From Chrysomallon squamiferum (lineage: Eukaryota > Animalia > Mollusca), in assembly GCA_012295275.1 (NCBI GenBank), contig CM022672.1:24800001-24864000 (forward strand): a DNA stretch of 64,000 nucleotides, in the 5' to 3' direction. This document shows, one piece after another, positions 24,373-39,015 of this stretch. The notes beneath the pieces are model-generated. The model was not told the origin of the DNA. It saw nothing but the letters and a program-made list of their open reading frames with translations, and ran no database searches. Each line of letters starts with the position of its first letter. Within the stretch, counting starts at the first letter, position 1. Made by a program: the position numbers and the translations under genes.

Positions 24373-25383
24373 ACCAAAATAATAGTATAAAATTAAAAAT
24401 TAAAAATAAAAATAAATAATAATAATAATAAATAAAAACGAATAAAACAATATCAACGACAAAATATTTATTCTTACAATCCTTTTGGTTTTTACTTGTA
24501 TTTATTTATTGAAAAGGTTTTTTTCTTTTTCTTTTTTACAAACATACTGAAAATTACAACATAAAAAAAATAATTAAGAGTATAGTTGCTACATTTATAA
24601 ATTATGTATTAGAAACTTAAAATGTACTTTTCCCCCAACACTTTCAATAACAACATTAAATTAGTTTAAACTTTTTATGAGTAAAATATGCTAATATCTA
24701 AAGAACAATGTAATGGCGGATGAAAGAGATAAATATCGATGATTTGTAAAAAGTAATCAATCTGTTTACTGAAACCTGGGGCTATATTTCCTCTTCATAA
24801 CTGTCACTCAAAACAAATACATCTTTTCCCAATCATACTTAATAGCTCAAAAAATCACTTCGTTTGCGCGTGCTGACATCCTAACCTAGCCAGTACAAAA
24901 GAAAAACGATAGTCAGTCTGTTGCGATATTCCCTCGAGATGAGAATATACTATTCCGCAACGAAAAAATAGTCCTGTACGATACGTCATTAATCAATTGA
25001 TTTGATATCCTGTTACGGCTTTCGGTCTCCTTTAGTCACATTGATTAACGATGAAAAACCGGAAAATTACAAGATAATAAGGTAGAGCTTGCAGTGACAT
25101 GCGACGGAGAGCTGGATTCGCGACAGCTAAGTGGCTTCATTATTCGCCAATTATACGCTCGGTGAGTTGGTCGCGCGCGCGATGGCCTCGTTCTCAACTC
25201 ATTAGCGGGGAAAAGATGCGCACAGAAGCGCGGGAAATATTGGCGTGTGGCCGACGTTACGTCGCGCTGTCGAGGACATTTTAACTCGTTCACCCTACAG
25301 GAGATTTTTAAAAACCTTTTCCTTGCCATTTTGTCGTTTTAGTGGTTAATTAATAGTTCCGTTGTTCCACTTGATAAATATCT

Positions 25384-25422
<39 letters not shown>

Positions 25423-26469
25423 AGAAGACAAATCAGATAACTTTAAATCAAAAAGATGATTAAATGAAAAAAAAAAAACCAGAATAAAAATGCGAAATAA
25501 AACTCAGTCAAGATTAAACATCTTTCTAAATTAGAATATATAGTAAAATGTCATTAGTAATGCTTATACCTATATGAATATTTTAGTTGTTGACATTTCT
25601 TTTAACAGAATATCAGATGTATTTTTTTTTTATTATCGTCATTATTATTATTATTATTATTATTACTACTACTACTCCTCCTAATGCGACTATTATACCA
25701 CTACTACAACTTTATTACGTCTGTTAGTATTACTGCTATTGTTATTATTATTATGTTGTTTTTGTTGATGCTGTTGTGTTACTGTTGTGATGTTATTGTT
25801 ATTGTTATTGATATGATGTAGTTTTTGTTTATTATTATCAAGTTATCAAGTTTATATTTTAATTATTATTCTTACCTTTTTCCCTTCTTTTATTTTTAAA
25901 CACTACAGTAAAAGAGGTAGAGACTTTTTCAGGTTTTAATTTGATTGTAGTACATCTCATTTTAAAATACCGAAATAATCAAATAACAAAGAGTTCTCTC
26001 TGTAAACCTTTGATTTATTGTAATATGTCGTATCACGTATTGAAATCTTTGGTAATTTCAGTTATCTGTAAGACCTTTGTTAAAGCGTGCACTTTTTGCG
26101 TAAAGTTATAAAGTAACAAAATAACATCTTACAACTGAATGAAACCTGAGATACCAGTCGTCTCGCAAAAGCTATAAAAATATAAATAGAAATATATATA
26201 TATATATAAACTTTTTAGTACACAGTTGACGCTGCTGGGTAGCTCGCAGTGGTTCATAAAATTTAAACAGAGGAAAAAAATGTATCTTTATATATATATA
26301 TATATATATGTATGTATTTCTAAGAGGAAGCTTATATTTAGACAATAGCGCTGCACGAGTCACTAAAATAACAACAATACACACAACAGTATCAGTTACG
26401 ATATCAGAAACAAAGTCACGTCACTTATTCTTCGCAGGTCTCTGAATACTGTTTTAAGTGAAGCCCATT

Positions 26470-26530
26470 TAGTGTGTGATTTATTATATCTAGTGTATGA
26501 TTTATTATATATAGTGTATGATTTATTATA
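26470..26530. repeat. 21-bp tandem repeat, about 3 copies (tagtgtatgatttattatata)
   Basis: Units start at 26470, 26491 and 26512. Confidence 0.9.
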
Positions 26531-29169
26531 ACGTAATTTAATTCACGTTTTAACTCAATATAGCTTCACGTCCGCTGGTTTAATAATTCATTCATTGGAA
26601 AATAATTATTTTTTGTAACGATATTAAATGTTATACCTTTGTCTGGGGTGATACAAATATGTAAATTTATACCAACAGAGCTGTAAGTATTATAAAAGTA
26701 ATAAGTAGTGTCTTGTTACTACTGTCAAACTATCAGTGATTCTGTCCCAGTTCGTCATGTACAAACCGATGTCGTTCTTGATATAAATATATATTGTTGA
26801 TCACGCTTTTCTTTTTCACTAAAATAATAATTAATAATTAATTAATAAGTAAATAAGTAAGTATGTAAGTAAACGAATAAATAAACGACTTGCATTTGAA
26901 GTTTTGGTTTGATTGTCGTGTACGTGTAGGTCCGTAAAGGGACCCTTGAAAATAAAATTAACCACTGACATTTGTATTCTTACAACATGAATTGTTTGTC
27001 ATCGCAGACACCTCCATTCTGCATTTATAACCTTTACTGAGCATATTAATTAAATTAAATGAAAAAAAGTATTGTCAGTAACTTGCTAAAGGCATATTGA
27101 AATAAAGTGAATCAAATTCAAATTATTAATAATATTGAAAGCTTCGTTATTTTTTTTTTTTTTTTTACTTTTGTGTGTGTTTATGGGGATATGCTTGTGT
27201 TGAAATAACTTCGTCCTTTTTTGTTTTCTTTTTTTTTTTTTTATGGAAAACTAAATCGCCAGTAATAAAAAAGCTAGTCACTGTCGGTAATTTTCACAGT
27301 TTAAAATTACTGTTTGCAGCAAACAAACAAGCTGGACCATTTTATTCTATTCCAAAATTGTAGTTTCTCCCACGTGTAAATTACAGTGTTAGTTCTGAGT
27401 GAAAGTTCGAGAGTGGTGGAAAATTCAGTGTTTTACAGATAAACATTGTCATTTTGGTTCTTCAGATCGTTATAACAACATGTGTCTGCGGACCGAGACA
27501 AGGCCGGCTGAAAAACTGCCTTAAGATGTGTCTTTTATCGCTGTGTTATCAACTGTCAGTAATTCCACGTTTGTAGAAGCCAGCGCGTGGTCTTTGCCAA
27601 GGAAGCGTTTTCCGTCCCTTCTCTTTAAGGCAGCGAACAGAACTCTTTGTTATTCGCTCGCCTCCAGGGCATCGTTCAGGTTTTCTTGCAGACCTTAAAA
27701 TTTTGACCCCTATCTTTGTACACCTGCGCATCCGGCGAATGCCGACGCAAAGGGAGGGCCCGACCCCCTAAGGAACTTGACGAGATTATCCCAGTACCTC
27801 GAGGCATCCTCTCTTTAGTGCTCAGTAAGCTCTCAGTGCAGTTCCGAGTCTCTCTTATGTTGTGCCGTGGTTTTATTGAAAACATCTTTCCGATTTCCAG
27901 ACAGGAATCAATGCAAGCTTATTTTGCCTTGAGATATCCAACTCTGTAACGTGACATCAAACTTTTTCTCTGTTAATTTCCGCTCTCTGTTACTGAGCAC
28001 CACTTTATTTGATAGGAAATCTAAATTCCTGTTGCCAGAACAATAACGTTTTCATTCTTCCCCAAAATTAACAGACGAATTATGTTTGTGGCATATCAAC
28101 ATTTTTTTTTTTTTTTTTTTAAAAATACTTTCTATGTTTATTATATTAGAAAATAAATACTGCCGCATAATGACTGGTATAATCATATTATATATCCCAA
28201 AATTATGATAGCTTTTAACATTATGTCACTAAAAATTGCTAAAACGTCATATAGAAAATGTAAAGAAAACTTGCATAAACATACAATAATACATTTAATT
28301 ATAGAGTGAGTTTTTTTTTTTTTACATATCCACTGATTCATTCCTTAACTCATAGCATTATTTTAAGTAATAAATTAAGTAAGAAAAGCTATTTAATTCA
28401 ATTTCAGTAATAATTTTTATGTTTTTAAGCATTACCCTTTAGACCTTTCGGCCTCAAAACAACACGTTCATTGTGTCTTACGACCGACTTTGTTGGTAAT
28501 ACGTATGGGTTAATTTTGATTAATTACTTGCTTGTAAAATCATGAATATGTTCGGTGTGTGCATGTAACCAGTACTGAAAGGGGAAAAAAAAAAAAAATA
28601 AAGAAAATCTTGCACACCAGTAAATCCTCAACATTCGCCACTTACACACTCGGCTCGTGTTTCGGGTATTTTGCGAGTCGCTTTACACACGTCGCAGTTC
28701 TGCTTTGCCTGGTAGTAATGGGACTTTAATGAGGTGTTTCGCCGAGTATGTCAAACCAGATGGCGCGTGCGAGTTAGGAGAAGTTTCATTACGTGGCGCC
28801 GTTTCTCAGAGGAGATCTCGTGTCTTGTTTTAGAGAGGCGTGTGTTCAGTAGCCGAGTTACACATACTTGAAAATTATAAAGCACAGAACAGATTTCCCT
28901 CCCCCCCTTCTTATTAATGCTTTATAAATTATTATTATGTTTGTTATTGTAATTGTTGTTGTTATTATTATTTGAAAATAGATAAAAACACACTTTTGCT
29001 ATTGTTATTAAAGACAGATACAGTTACAAAGTTTGTTCACAATATTATACTTTTGAATGTTGTCTAACGAGAAATAGACAAAAAAACCCATAAATAATGT
29101 TTATTAAATATATACACAAACCATAATTATATATAAAGGTTATATATAGTATATATATATATATATATA

Positions 29170-29197
29170 GTTTTTGTTTGTTTTACTGTTTTTATAC

Positions 29198-29240
<43 letters not shown>

Positions 29241-29326
29241 AACACACACTGTAAAAACAAGAAACATACAAAATATATTTGTATATATAACTCTTTTTAT
29301 ACTTTTATATATAATTATGGTTGTTT

Positions 29327-29371
<45 letters not shown>

Positions 29372-29390
29372 TAAAAACAAGAAAAATACT
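29170..29390. repeat. Local duplication of a (TA)n(CA)n-ctgtaaaaacaagaaa unit
   Basis: cacacactgtaaaaacaagaaa follows a CA tract near both 29250 and 29370. Confidence 0.85.
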
Positions 29391-30685
29391 CAGATACACT
29401 TCAAAGTTACGTCGTATGTTTCAAAGACGTTCCGTTCAGCAGGAGTTTATTAACCACCCACTAATCTGAGTTTGCTTGTACTGGAATCAGGTACTTCGCC
29501 GTCACTCACGCAAGACCTAGAGGTACAAGTGTATCGCGTACGCGAGCATCTGTCGATGAGATGATGATCGGGCCAGGCTTCCGTAAATCCGAACCCTGCG
29601 TCGGGCACCAGTCGGCACTGGCTTCGTGCGTGTCCGTGATGTATAGAATTCAAACAGGACAGCGTTACCTGGCTCTAATGAGGTTTTAATACACTGTTTC
29701 AGAATGCGGCGCGTTTCTGCTGAATGTGGTTTCGCTCTACTAAAACTCAGGACGTGTTATTTGATGGATGCTTTTCATACGCAATAATAAGGAAGCTTAT
29801 GCAGGGAAATGGAAGCTAATCTGATTACTACGTTCGTGTACTGGGTTTTTTTTTTTTCTTCTTTGTTGTAGGATATGATAGAAAATGGGTAGAAGGAAAA
29901 AGTAAATTGTGACAAAGACTGTCACATCAATAACAGTAATGATGGTGATGATAATGACGACGTCGTCAACAACAACAACAACAACAACAATAATAACAAT
30001 AATAATAATAATAATAATAATAATAAGAAGAAGAAGAAGAAGAAGAAACATAATACACAAGAGAGAGAATATTCCTTTTTTTTCTTCTTCTGTTTTAATT
30101 TTTATTTTAATTTTTTTTTTTTTTTTTTTTTTATCTTATTACTTTTCCGTATGTTATAAATGTATTAAAGTGTGTCTGGCAGATATAAACAAAAACATCG
30201 TTGTTTATCAAATATATTTATGAAAGTGAGTTTTTATTATGATTTCAGATTCATTTCTCGAACCTAGAACATAAAAAAGTATATAAAAAAATCGAGTTAG
30301 CTTTGTTTCGTTAAAGCGCATATTAATTGATTCCATGATTCCGTGAAATTGCTTCCGAATGTTTAGCTTATACGTTTTCTAAAAATCATTATCATTATAT
30401 AAACCTGGGAGAACGAAAGAAAAAGAAGAAACAAATGTACATGATATTAATGATATTTGCTAACTTTCGTTAAATTTATTTTCAAGTGAAGCTATATGAA
30501 TGTTTAGAATTAACAAAAAGGGAGAAAACAAAAGACCCGGTCCAACGTTACTGATTTATTAACTTTGAATATTTTGACTTTCATGTACACTTACTTTTAA
30601 TACTTGTAACATAATTTATCATGACATTTGATAACCTTATTTCAGTGATATAAGTATAAGTTGTAGTAGCATCAGTAATAATAAC

Positions 30686-30897
<212 letters not shown>

Positions 30898-33569
30898 TTG
30901 GTAGTGGTAGTAGTGACTATCGGCTGTTCGCGAGGAATCTAGGTGAAACAAATACTGTATATTGATAAATAGTTAGATCCGGAAATTTAAATGAATGAAT
31001 GAATGAATAAATAAATAAATAGCTTAAAATATACGAACTGTATTTCCTTAAAAATCACATTATGAAAAAATATTTGATAATAAAAAATAAAAATAAACAC
31101 ATTAAAAAAATTAAAAAGTTAAAACAAATTTTGTAAACCCCAAAAACGAATAAATAAACAACAACAAAATAGTAACAAAAAGAAAATTAAAGAAAATAAA
31201 AAATTTAAATTTAAAAAAAAAAAAAAGAAAAAAGAAAAAAAAAAGAATGAAAACCACAAAAAAAACAATAAAACAAATAAAGTCTTGTTCCAAAAATCTA
31301 TTTCAAAACTTTAACATTCTCCGTTATCTGTATTGGTATAAGTAAACTTACTTTCTGGAATCAGTAACAGAGTCATACCTTTAGTAACTAAATGACTATA
31401 TCAGTTTTCTTAAAACCAGCATTTAACATAAAACACGCTTTTAGGTCTGTGTACTAAAACCAGGCATGCTTCAGTATAGCGCTGTTTCAGAATAAATCGT
31501 ATTGTCTCTTTGTGCCATCATGTATTTTACAATTCTTATATAATACTGTTTTTTTATAACACAGACTAATACATGACGAGTGTCTTTTCGTACCGGGACA
31601 CCTGTCATAATATTCAACAGTGACTTTCCAGGGCGAGTAAAACAAGATTCAAAGAACAATATTTAAGTGCCAAGAAGAATGACATTTTAGTGATATCACC
31701 TGCAGCTAACTGTCAAACATACGGATGACTTGAAAATCTCTTGTACAGTCTTAAATGACACTTCACTTTTAAAAAATTAAACTTTACGTATCACGAACCC
31801 TGGATTTAACGCGATAATTGCTTTACTTCGCTTTTCTAAAAAGTATTTAATAATAAAAACAAGGCTTTCTTTTTAAATGCTCTTTTTGCAGTTAAACCGT
31901 TTTCTCGTGAGGATGTATATCGTTAGAGACTTTGACAAAAAAGTAGTTAGAGAAATTTTTTTTTTTTTTTTTTAAAATGAAGAACCAGAAGAAAAGAACT
32001 AAGTCTTACGCCATTTATTAAAATATGAAAAGTTCTAAATGTTTATTAAAGGCCTGTGACTCAACTCTGATGTTAAAAAAAAAAAAAAAAAAAAAAGATC
32101 CTGAAAAATAATCACTGGTGTTTTATTCGAAGTTGCAGGTGCCGAAAACGACAAGACGTTCGCGTGCACGTGCCTTTATACGAGACACGTGATGTGACAT
32201 CGATGGTTTTCATTGATCAAATTTCAAACACTCGACTTCCGAGAATGGAAACAATGAAACCATTACAGTCTTTACTTTGCTCATTGAATGTAACATGACA
32301 TACACAATCAGGTTTCACATTACAAAACTGGTGCAAGATGGGATATTGTTTCAAAGATGTTAGTTTTCTGAATTAAATTTTTTCGTAACCATCGCACATA
32401 CCACAATAGAAAAATGGAAAGATGACAAAGAAGGAAAATAAAAAATAAAGAAATTTATGAGAATAAAAAGTGATAACTGATACTAAACATTACTGTATGT
32501 TAAATAGCTTATTTATTTGTTTGTTGTGTGTGTTTATGTTTATTTATTTATTTAATTGTCTGTTTGTCTATTTTCCAGTTTCTTTTTTTTTTTTTTTTTT
32601 TTCCATTTATTTTTTTATTTTTTTTTTTTTTATTTATTTATTTATTTATTCATTTAACTATAACAAAATATTCACTCGCATCAGTCACAGATTAATAAAT
32701 AGTTAAGAATTTCATTGCTTAAAAATAAATAACATTTAATATTCTTTTATCCAAAATTAACTAAAAAGAAAAAATTGAATGAATGAAAAGAAAGAAAAGA
32801 TAAAAAATATATACAGAGACAATATAATGAATAAAGGTAAAAAAAAAAGTTATAAAAATCTGTTGCGAGTTATCAAATAAAGTAATATAATTAGTATTTA
32901 TTTCATAATTAAAAAGCACTTTATAAACCTATCTCAAACTCATTTTATCAGCAGTCTTGATGTTAAACATAGATCTTTGATTTAAGTTACATAATATATA
33001 TTTTTTTATATCTTCTTATAATGAGCCTATTAATTTTTTCTTTTAATTAAAAATTATTAAATTTTTAATCTGGTATATGATAGAGAACACGATTAAAAAA
33101 ACGTAGAACGTGAATAAAGATTTTGATCATTATCATATATTCTGTTATTGTTTCTTTCATTCCGTGATTCTTCTTTCTTTTTCTATTTATTCTATGAAAA
33201 AACTGACTTATATAGACAGAAAAAAATAGTTATATTTTCTTTAATAAAATCGAAATATTTACAAATGAGTTGATAAGGAGCTTTGCTTATTATTTCTAAA
33301 TGTATATTCACTTAATTATTAATTAAATTGCATATTATTAGTGGTTATTTTTTATTTTTTATTTTTATCTTTAAAAAAAATATTATTTATAATACTAATT
33401 GGAATATATATTTTTTTCTTCTTTTGATCTATGTATTTTGTTTTATTTTCTGTTCGTTGTTTTAGATATTTATTTATTTGTCTCTTTTTTTTTCTTGTTT
33501 GTTTTTATATTTGTGTTTTTGTTTTTTAATTTATTATTGTATTTTTTTTTTTTTTTTTTTGCTGCTGCA

Positions 33570-33623
<54 letters not shown>

Positions 33624-34724
33624 TCATTATTATATTTTTCCCATATATTTCCTACAATTTATTTTCTACTGTTTTCATTTTAAATGATTTAGCATTCTTA
33701 ATATCTTAACATCATTTACTTCTGTTATTTTTAATTTGATGGGGATTTTTTTGTTTGGTTCTTTAGTCAAAATAATAAACAACAACAACAAAAAAAAAAA
33801 AAAAAAAAAAGAAAGAATGTAAGAAAAAAGAACGATTCAGCTGATAGGTGAAGACATTGCGGGTGGGATAACCCTGTTGTGAGACCTCAAACAGGATTAA
33901 CAGCCAGGGTCGGTGTTTTTCTGTTAACTAACCGTTCCTGTTCACACAGCGGCCGGGACGTTCAACCATTTCCAAATTGAAACCAAATATTTGTCTTTAC
34001 TGTTGTATTTATTTATTAGTACGTTCACACGTGTAATTGGCTAAACGCGGCTTTCGTTTATTTTAAGGTAGTCACGTGGTTTTGCCTCAGTTTTGTGTTA
34101 CCGAAGATAGGAAGAAGAAGAAGGGGGGGAGGAAAAAAATGTTATTTCAAGTGTTACTATTTAAAAATACTGACTAGACTAGGAGGAGAAGCTGGATGTA
34201 GGTTTGAACTTGGAAAGGTTTCAAGATTAATAACAAGAACAAAGTGTTGCAAACTAAGACTGATTTGTGTAGACTTTGCAAGAAAATGCACGGATCGATT
34301 TTAAAGTTAAAATTAGATGTTAAGGGAATAATCATTGATAATTCGAGTTCAGTTATTCCTGCTGATCGTCTAGTTCAAGCTGATTACTAGATGCGAAACC
34401 AACACAAACAAAAATTAAGTTTTCTATCTTAACCATAAACCTCTTGATCTGAGATTCATTTGACTGTACTGTGTATTATGTACAGTTTCCGAAACTATTC
34501 CGTTAAACAGTTTTAACTAATGGGTTATTCTTGCTAAAACAAAGCATCCCATAAACGGGGGCCACACACGAAATCATATTAATTCCACTTTGGTGTCTGA
34601 CAAAGTCTGATAACACTTTACTGTATTTTTTGTTTGCTTGCTTTATTATTTTCTAAAATCAAGTTATGTCGTGTCTTTGCTTTATTTCATTTAATTCTCT
34701 TCATTCCTTGAATTTTTTAATTTC

Positions 34725-34767
<43 letters not shown>

Positions 34768-34955
34768 TTTTTTTTTTTTTTTTTGATGATGCAATTCCTC
34801 GACCCGTTTTATCTGTTTGTATGAAGGAATGACTGTTTTCAATTTTACGTACAGATCTGGTGCAATACAGTAATAATAATAACAATAACAACAACAACAA
34901 CAACAACAACAACAAAAATAATAATAATAATTCTTTTTCTTTTTTATTTGTTTGT

Positions 34956-34998
<43 letters not shown>

Positions 34999-36207
34999 TT
35001 TTGTTGTTGTAAAAGTCGTGACGAGTCAAACAGTTGAAAATCTACTAAAGATAAAATCAGTTTTCAGTCAGTGTAGACAATATCTTTTAATATGATGAAA
35101 TACAATTTCGTATAAATCTAAGATATTTTTTTTTTAATACAGATGAAGAAGACTAATTCTAAATTATTATTTAGCTTTATTCATGCGTTCCTTAAATTTC
35201 AACATTATATTCGGTTAAGTTTATATAGGTTCGATAGTGATTTAGTAGGTGGACAGACCAGATAATTTAGTGATTGGCATGACATATCAGTTGTATAGAT
35301 TTAATTTTGGTTCTTGATATGTAGATCCTGGTATTTACTGAGCTTTTGCTAGAAAAAAAAATATATAGAAGTCATTAACAGTGTCACGAAAGTGTACAAA
35401 ATGGCTTTATCAAAGGTCATGCATTGGAGGAATATCTCATACACTACGCATTTGTCACAGAATATGTTACCGAATGGATTTCAACACACACCACTAACGA
35501 TAAATCACATAAAACCTTTGCAGGGCCTCTGTAGAAAGTCGGATGTGGCGCAACACGCCAACACAGGATTGACAACGAGTCCTGACACAAGGTGGCGCAC
35601 GTAGAGGAAGTCAGAGACCCGAACCCGGGGCAGTCCCGCTGAATTGTGGGTGTTTTCCACGCCGTAGAACAAAAGCTGACAAAACAAATAGGAAGTCATA
35701 TTTCCCTTCCCTCACAAGGTGGTCCCCGCTCACCGTGACGGTTCAAATGGGCAATGGACGTGACAAAATATTTAGCCGTCCGCCTCGGAACTTTCTTTAC
35801 AACAATTTTTTGTGTCAATCACAGACTTGTCGCAGGCAGTTCAAATTATGCGCTCACGCCTCTGTCGTTTTGTCAGTTAGAAATCTTTACATCGAGACCA
35901 GAAATTGTGCAAATCGGTTCCTTCCTGTAAAGGCAGACTTTTTATGTTAAGCATGTTTTACGGAAATTAAAACGAAAAAAAAACCCATGGCGCACTATTT
36001 GTTACGCCTTATAATGGCGTGATTGACTAGGCTTTTGTATTATCTTCTTCAAGTCAATTTAGTACATTTGATCAGTGAATATACGTGAAATAAAAGAGAT
36101 TAATGCAAAAAATAAAAATATGTGCAAATGCAAATATTGAGAATATTAACTAATACAAATAAAAAGTTCAGAAGGATGACGTAATTAATAGAGCTTCGTT
36201 ATATGTT

Positions 36208-36309
<102 letters not shown>

Positions 36310-36494
36310 TTTTCATGCCAGTTTGAAAGAAGAGGTATACTACAATGTGTCTGTTATGTGACAAGATAAAATACAGCTGTTATATAATTATGGCAAGATA
36401 ATGTGTTCTCACTTTTGCAAATCTTCAGCGCCAGTTACAAAGTGTGATTTCTAACATATGTCGAAGATGTAATCGTCTTTTAATTGAAAGGAAC

Positions 36495-36590
36495 TATTAC
36501 TCCTAATACAACTGAATCTTCTTCTACTTTTACTACTTCTACTACTATTACTACTGCTACTACCACCACTACTACTACAACATCTACTAT

Positions 36591-36625
<35 letters not shown>

Positions 36626-36825
36626 CTACAACTACTCAACTACTACAACTCAGGCCACTGCTACTACTACAACTAAAACTACAACAACTGTTACTACTAC
36701 TTCTACTACTATTACTACAACCACCACCACCGCAACTACTACAAGAACTACTTCTACTACTGCTACTACAAGAAATACAACTACTACTACCACTGCTGCT
36801 TCTCTGCTACTGTTGCTGCCGCTAA
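36495..36825. repeat. Degenerate (CTA/CAA/CCA)n low-complexity tract
   Basis: Direct reading; source of the Thr/Leu-rich ORF. Confidence 0.85.
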
Positions 36826-37332
36826 GGAACTACAGCTAGTACATACTCCTGTTATTATTCTCATGTAACTATTGATACTAATGCTGCTTCATCAAACTTC
36901 TATTCCAGCTAGAATGCCTGATTTGTAAACGACCCTGTCATGGTCTTACCTTTCTATGATAAAACGCAAATAAAGAATCCTTGCTGCAAAAAAAGTGTAG
37001 CTTATGTGCGATATGGGTTCCTCTCAAAATGAGCTTATGATTCGTATCAATAACATATATTTTTCAAGTACGTTAAAAAGGTTCCGGGTGCAGTGTAGGA
37101 AAAAGAAAATTCTGCCTGCAACTGATGTTAAAGATGCCTTTGCTACTATAACTATTACAGCTTCGTCTACTACTACAATTTTTATTGCAAACAAGTTAAT
37201 AATGTTCTATATATCAAATTTGCAGAAATATAATTAATTTCCTCTGTTTTTAATTATATATACATAATTATGTTAATTTTTTCAATGGTTTATTTGTTTA
37301 CATATTTATTTAAATTTTATAACATAATAATA

Positions 37333-37370
<38 letters not shown>

Positions 37371-38043
37371 CGATAATCATCGTCATCATCATCATCATAA
37401 CAGATGTAATCATTTTAAAAGCAGTAATGTTTATTTTATAGAAAACATTATTTTCATTAAAAATGTTTTATCTGTTTACCTGTTTTTTAGCTGAAATGAA
37501 AAACAAAAAGGTTTTGTAATTAATCAAATAAAAAATAACACTGACTTAGTATGCTTTTTCTTATTATTTTAAAACAACAACAAAAACAAACAAACAAAAC
37601 ACCGCCCACCAAAAAAAAAACCCCAAAACACGCACATTTTAATTGTTTTTAAGCAGCACATATAAGACATAATAATCATTTCAAATTTAACACAAGAACA
37701 TGAGAATATGAAATATAAATCGATATTACGATTTCAAAATGACATCTATCTGAATATTTTTGATGTAATGAAAAGTTATATCTCTATCATTATATCAAAA
37801 ATATTATTATCTCAATCATTATAAGAAAAAAAGTTAATAAGTTAAAAAAAAAAAAAATTATCTTTTTATCAGAAATATTAATATGTACGTAAGTTAATTC
37901 TCAATTATTGTATGAAAAAGTTAATGATCATATTCAACCTTTTATTTTTTTTTCTCTATCGTTATATCAGAAACATTAATGTGTACAGAGTACGCTTCAT
38001 GGGTAAAAATGTGTTTGTAGCACATCAACTGATGGACCGTCTC

Positions 38044-38080
<37 letters not shown>

Positions 38081-38119
38081 TATGAATGGAGGGTTCGTAG
38101 TTGCAACAAAATCTGCCCA

Positions 38120-38600
38120 AACACAGAGCGGCCCAGCGCGAGTGTTTTTATTTATGACACTTTCTAAAGGGATCTCCTTGGGAGATTTCAGCTCCCGTAC
38201 ACCCAGCCAGAACTCTTTTGTGCCAAGATGTTCTGGCTCTGTCGAAAGCGTTATTTGAACTCTCGAAAAGAACGCGGCCTTCGTCGGCTTTATTGACACA
38301 CTGTTAGCTGAGTGGCAGGTGAACCCTTCTGCAAGCGATTTGTTTCCGTTATCCAATCAGAACGCTGCTGTGCTCGTCCGACCAATCAGAACCGGCAGAA
38401 TTACAGAGAGAGTCTTGAACTCCGCCGTAAAATGTGAAGCACCGTTTTTCCTCTCGAATAAGCCCCACCCCTCTCATTACGTATGGAACAGCATGTATTC
38501 ACACAACGTCTCGTCTCAGTGTAAAGCAAGGCGATTGCCAAACAAAACTTATTCACTGAGCTAAGCCGTGTGTTCACTCTCACAATTCCCTAAACAAATA
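38120..38600 (+). promoter_or_regulatory. Probable Lhx2/9 promoter: CpG-rich island with two identical CCAAT (NF-Y) boxes
   Basis: CCAATCAGAA at 38353-38362 and 38382-38391, same orientation, 29 bp apart; Inr-like TCATT and TCAGT near 38474 and 38516; 300-500 bp upstream of the first coding exon. Confidence 0.6.
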
Positions 38601-38871
38601 GGTTTTTATCGAGGAAATTCAATCACTGTGGACAAACGTGTAGCTACGGAAACTACTGGCCTCTGTCGCGCTACTATCATCCTCATCACCGTCATCACCA
38701 CTGTCATAAAAAAACAACAACAACATAACAAAATAATAATATAAGAAATCTACACAGATCAGCTGTTCTTGATGTTTGTTTCCCAGTACCTGTACATTTC
38801 ACTATAAGGAGGTGTCTAAAACGTACAGGCTGGGGCCTATTGCCGACGTGTCGTTGTTTCGTGAGCTCTAC

Positions 38872-39015
38872 ATGCCCCCATGCGGGTCGAGCGACACCAG
38901 AATGGTGGAGAAACACAACTATGACGCCGTGGCTGACGGATGCATGCTATCGTCGAATTCCGGACAGACGACATGCACAGACAAACTGATGGTTGACTGT
39001 CAGATGTCTTCTCGG
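38872..39015 (+). CDS. Lhx2/9: Probable first coding exon of Lhx2/9 (start at ATG 38872 or 38902)
   Basis: GC-rich open frame MPPCGSSDTRMVEKHNYDAVADGCMLSSNSGQTTCTDKLMVDCQMSSR ending CGG|gtaaga; the phase-0 donor matches the phase-0 acceptor at 47363. I do not recognise the peptide itself by homology. Confidence 0.68.

Noticed and set aside
26228-26260. A-box-like TAGCTCGCAGTGGTT suggesting a tRNA
   Set aside because: No B-box or cloverleaf follows.
36484-36825. Thr-rich mucin-like ORF
   Set aside because: Degenerate (CTA)n tract that drifts from poly-Thr to poly-Leu; non-ATG start.
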